Below, one piece after another: positions 63,420 through 64,000 of a stretch of 64,000 nucleotides of DNA. Below the pieces are notes generated by a model that was given only the letters and a program-made list of their open reading frames with translations, did not search any database and was not told the origin of the DNA. A program made the position numbers and the translations under genes. The DNA comes from Camelus ferus (taxonomy: Eukaryota), in the NCBI RefSeq assembly GCF_009834535.1, contig NC_045697.1, positions 112,656,001 to 112,720,000 on the forward strand, given 5' to 3'. Position 1 is the stretch's first letter; every line of letters starts with the position of its first letter.

Positions 63420-64000
63420 ACATGTTTTTCTAGAAATATGGTCATTTCACCCACATGAGAGTAGATTCTCAAAGTTATTAATATAAAATTGGTCATATTA
63501 TTTTTTATTGTGTATAATGCCATCTTTTCCTTTCTGATATGAGTATTTGGGGCTGGTCTCTTTTTATCATGATATTTCTTGCTAGTTTTGACTAAATCAG
63601 TTGATTTGGATTGTTTCCACTTCTTGGCTATTTTAAACATATAAGCGTATAAGCATATGAATATTACAAACATTCATATACAACTATTTATATGAACATA
63701 TATTTTCATTTTCTTGGCTAGGTACTAGAATTGTTTGGTCATATGGTAACTCTACGTTTAACAATTTGAGGAACTGCCAAAATGTTTCTCATTGTGACTG
63801 CATCATTTTAAATTCCCACCAGGAGTATATGAGGGTTTCAGTTACTCCAGATTCTCTCCAGCATTTGTTATTGTCTGTCTTTCTGGTTGTTAGCCATTCT
63901 GCTGGGTTTGATGTGATTATTATGATTTTGATTTTTAATTTGCTGAATGACTAATTGATGGTGAGCATCTTTTCATATGTTGAACAGCCACCTGTGTATC
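63420..64000 (-). mobile_element. Old L1 fragments, continuing past the window edge
   Basis: 'tttggattgtttccacttcttggctatt', 'gggtcatatggtaactcta'-like text, 'ttgaggaactgccaaa', 'attcccaccaggagtatatgagggtt'. Confidence 0.8.

Overview
Repeat-rich, AT-leaning mammalian genomic DNA, most likely camelid (alpaca/llama/camel), judged from three tRNA-Ala-derived SINEs resembling the camelid vic-1 family. I found no protein-coding gene, real tRNA/rRNA gene or processed pseudogene. The only recognisable protein sequence in the ORF track is broken LINE-1 ORF2 C-terminus. A large share of the window is transposon debris: young and old L1s (several with clear target-site duplications and nesting), ERV1/ERVL/MaLR LTRs, L2, MIR and hAT MITEs (MER3, MER5A, MER53). 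Non-repeat stretches include homeodomain/MEIS-motif-dense candidate conserved enhancers and two CpG-rich patches. The best observations are: (1) strong minus-strand bias of L1s/LTRs plus apparent loss of AATAAA in the plus-strand copies, suggesting an intron of a plus-strand transcription unit; (2) a SINE carrying a 3' extension inside one TSD; (3) an unexplained ~300-bp local direct duplication; (4) a tailless internal L1 fragment; (5) multi-tier nested insertions. I do not see a convincing new biological system. Repeat family names are from memory of consensus sequences and need RepeatMasker/Dfam confirmation.
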